64,000 bases of DNA from Bacteroidales bacterium (lineage in GTDB: Bacteria; Bacteroidota; Bacteroidia; Bacteroidales; P3): the NCBI GenBank assembly GCA_045639845.1, contig JAZUDW010000107.1:4106-68105 (forward strand), given 5' to 3'. The notes under the pieces were generated by a model, which saw only the letters and a list, made by a program, of their open reading frames with translations, had not been told where the DNA came from and ran no database searches. Below, in pieces: positions 63,221-64,000 of this stretch (within the stretch, counting starts at the first letter, position 1; every line of letters begins with the position of its first letter). A program made the position numbers and the translations under genes.

Positions 63221-63652
63221 CTACTTGTTCTTACAGCAGTCGTGATGGCACTCTTCGTTGGTAAAGAGGACAATCCAAGCATTGTTTTTCTCACCGCGGT
63301 TCATACGGTCGATAGAAGAAGTCTGGATGGTCTTCACATGTTTGTACTCTTTAGCGAGGGAATCGGCCACAGCGGTGGGTTCGGCTTCACCATAAACCAC
63401 GACAGCTTGTTTGTTCTCCAGCACAGGCATCTCTTCGCCATTGGCGGTAGCTTTGACGAGCTGGTCTTCTACCACACAGAACTCAACGGGCATCTCCTCA
63501 CCGTGGGGGTAGCCGAGATATTTCACCGTGTCGGGCTCAGCCACATTTTCGAGGGTGTCAATATCGGCCGTCTGAGGTTCGTTGGTATTGTTGCAAGATG
63601 CCATCATGAGGGCACCTGCCAGCATTGCAGTAGCAAAAATCACTTTCTTCAT
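63221..63652 (-). CDS. Hypothetical small lipoprotein
   Basis: 143 aa. Lipoprotein signal MKKVIFATAMLAGALMMASCNN. Has a promoter box upstream and a hairpin terminator downstream. Confidence 0.55.
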   Translation of the reverse strand: MKKVIFATAMLAGALMMASCNNTNEPQTADIDTLENVAEPDTVKYLGYPHGEEMPVEFCVVEDQLVKATANGEEMPVLENKQAVVVYGEAEPTAVADSLAKEYKHVKTIQTSSIDRMNRGEKNNAWIVLFTNEECHHDCCKNK

Positions 63653-63749
63653 TTCGTTTCTTATTACATTGCGAGACCCTTGTTATTATATTATCTGTCA
63701 GATGGATAGAGTCTCAAAAACCATACATCAGATAATTGATTTTGTTTTG

Positions 63750-63757
63750 CAAAGATA
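63750..63757 (-). promoter_or_regulatory. -7 promoter box (TAtcTTTG) of the small lipoprotein gene
   Basis: Exact motif about 100 nt upstream of ATG 63652. Confidence 0.5.
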
Positions 63758-64000
63758 TGAATAAGAGAGGTCCGACAGCCGTTTTTTTTCCTAAATAATA
63801 TTAAGATAATTGTCGAATCGTTGATTTGATTATTCATCGGATTAGTGATATTATTGATCTGAAGGTACGTTGATTTGAAAGTTGCTGTCATTCTCTGTTC
63901 AACCGCAAGCCGGCGACTGAGAAGTGAAGTTTGATGAAGATAACAGCTCAACAACATCCGAAATAGAATGAAAGCAGCGCGTTCCCATCAATACAATAAA

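Overview
The window looks like chromosomal DNA from a Bacteroidota genome, probably Bacteroidales and Prevotella-like. This rests on many exact TAnnTTTG -7 promoter boxes in front of genes, the absence of Shine-Dalgarno sites, and the type IX secretion (T9SS) gene content.

The window is centred on T9SS:
- A complete porP-porK-porL-porM-porN core operon with an extra tandem porN paralog, bounded by a promoter near 11.45 kb and a terminator near 3.74 kb.
- The 2438-aa SprA/Sov translocon, preceded by ruvA and followed by an orphan UpxY/NusG-like gene (33.0-41.6 kb).
- Two cargo genes with canonical C-terminal sorting domains (CTD).

The most unusual content is two paralogous loci for very large exported repeat proteins:
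- A 2384-aa protein (18852-26006) joins a GLUG-like array to an unassigned YGGG beta-solenoid.
- A 675-aa plus 1015-aa gene pair (46540-51624) is collinear with the C-terminal 1190 aa of the giant. The pair is cut by a single in-frame TAA and restarts with a new signal peptide.
- None of these proteins ends in a recognisable T9SS CTD.
- The two loci share a homologous promoter, but a two-module upstream block lies in opposite orientations.

The remaining genes are housekeeping or accessory:
- Envelope and metabolism: M16 peptidase, RlpA, KdsC, HldD-like epimerase, a divergent PGK, NadD, acyl-CoA ligase.
- Transport and channels: a Kv-type channel with a zinc ribbon, a MATE pump, a YidE/YbjL transporter.
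- DNA-related: YjbR and RmuC.
- Stress and regulation: Hsp20 and a LysR regulator.
- Other: an MGMT-domain/LD-carboxypeptidase fusion and tRNA-Gln.

The intergenic DNA carries several repeat families:
- A MITE-like 180-210-bp element.
- A 60-bp module present in four copies.
- GATCACTGATC-type inverted repeats bracketing one gene.
- TTGTTGA-word hairpins.
- A 6 x 22-bp tandem array beside tRNA-Gln.
- A gene-free AT-rich tract with three large palindromes.

I saw no CRISPR array, rRNA, transposase, integrase or recognisable defence genes. All calls come from reading the sequence and ORF track by eye. Family assignments rely on remembered motifs, and repeat coordinates may be off by a few nucleotides.
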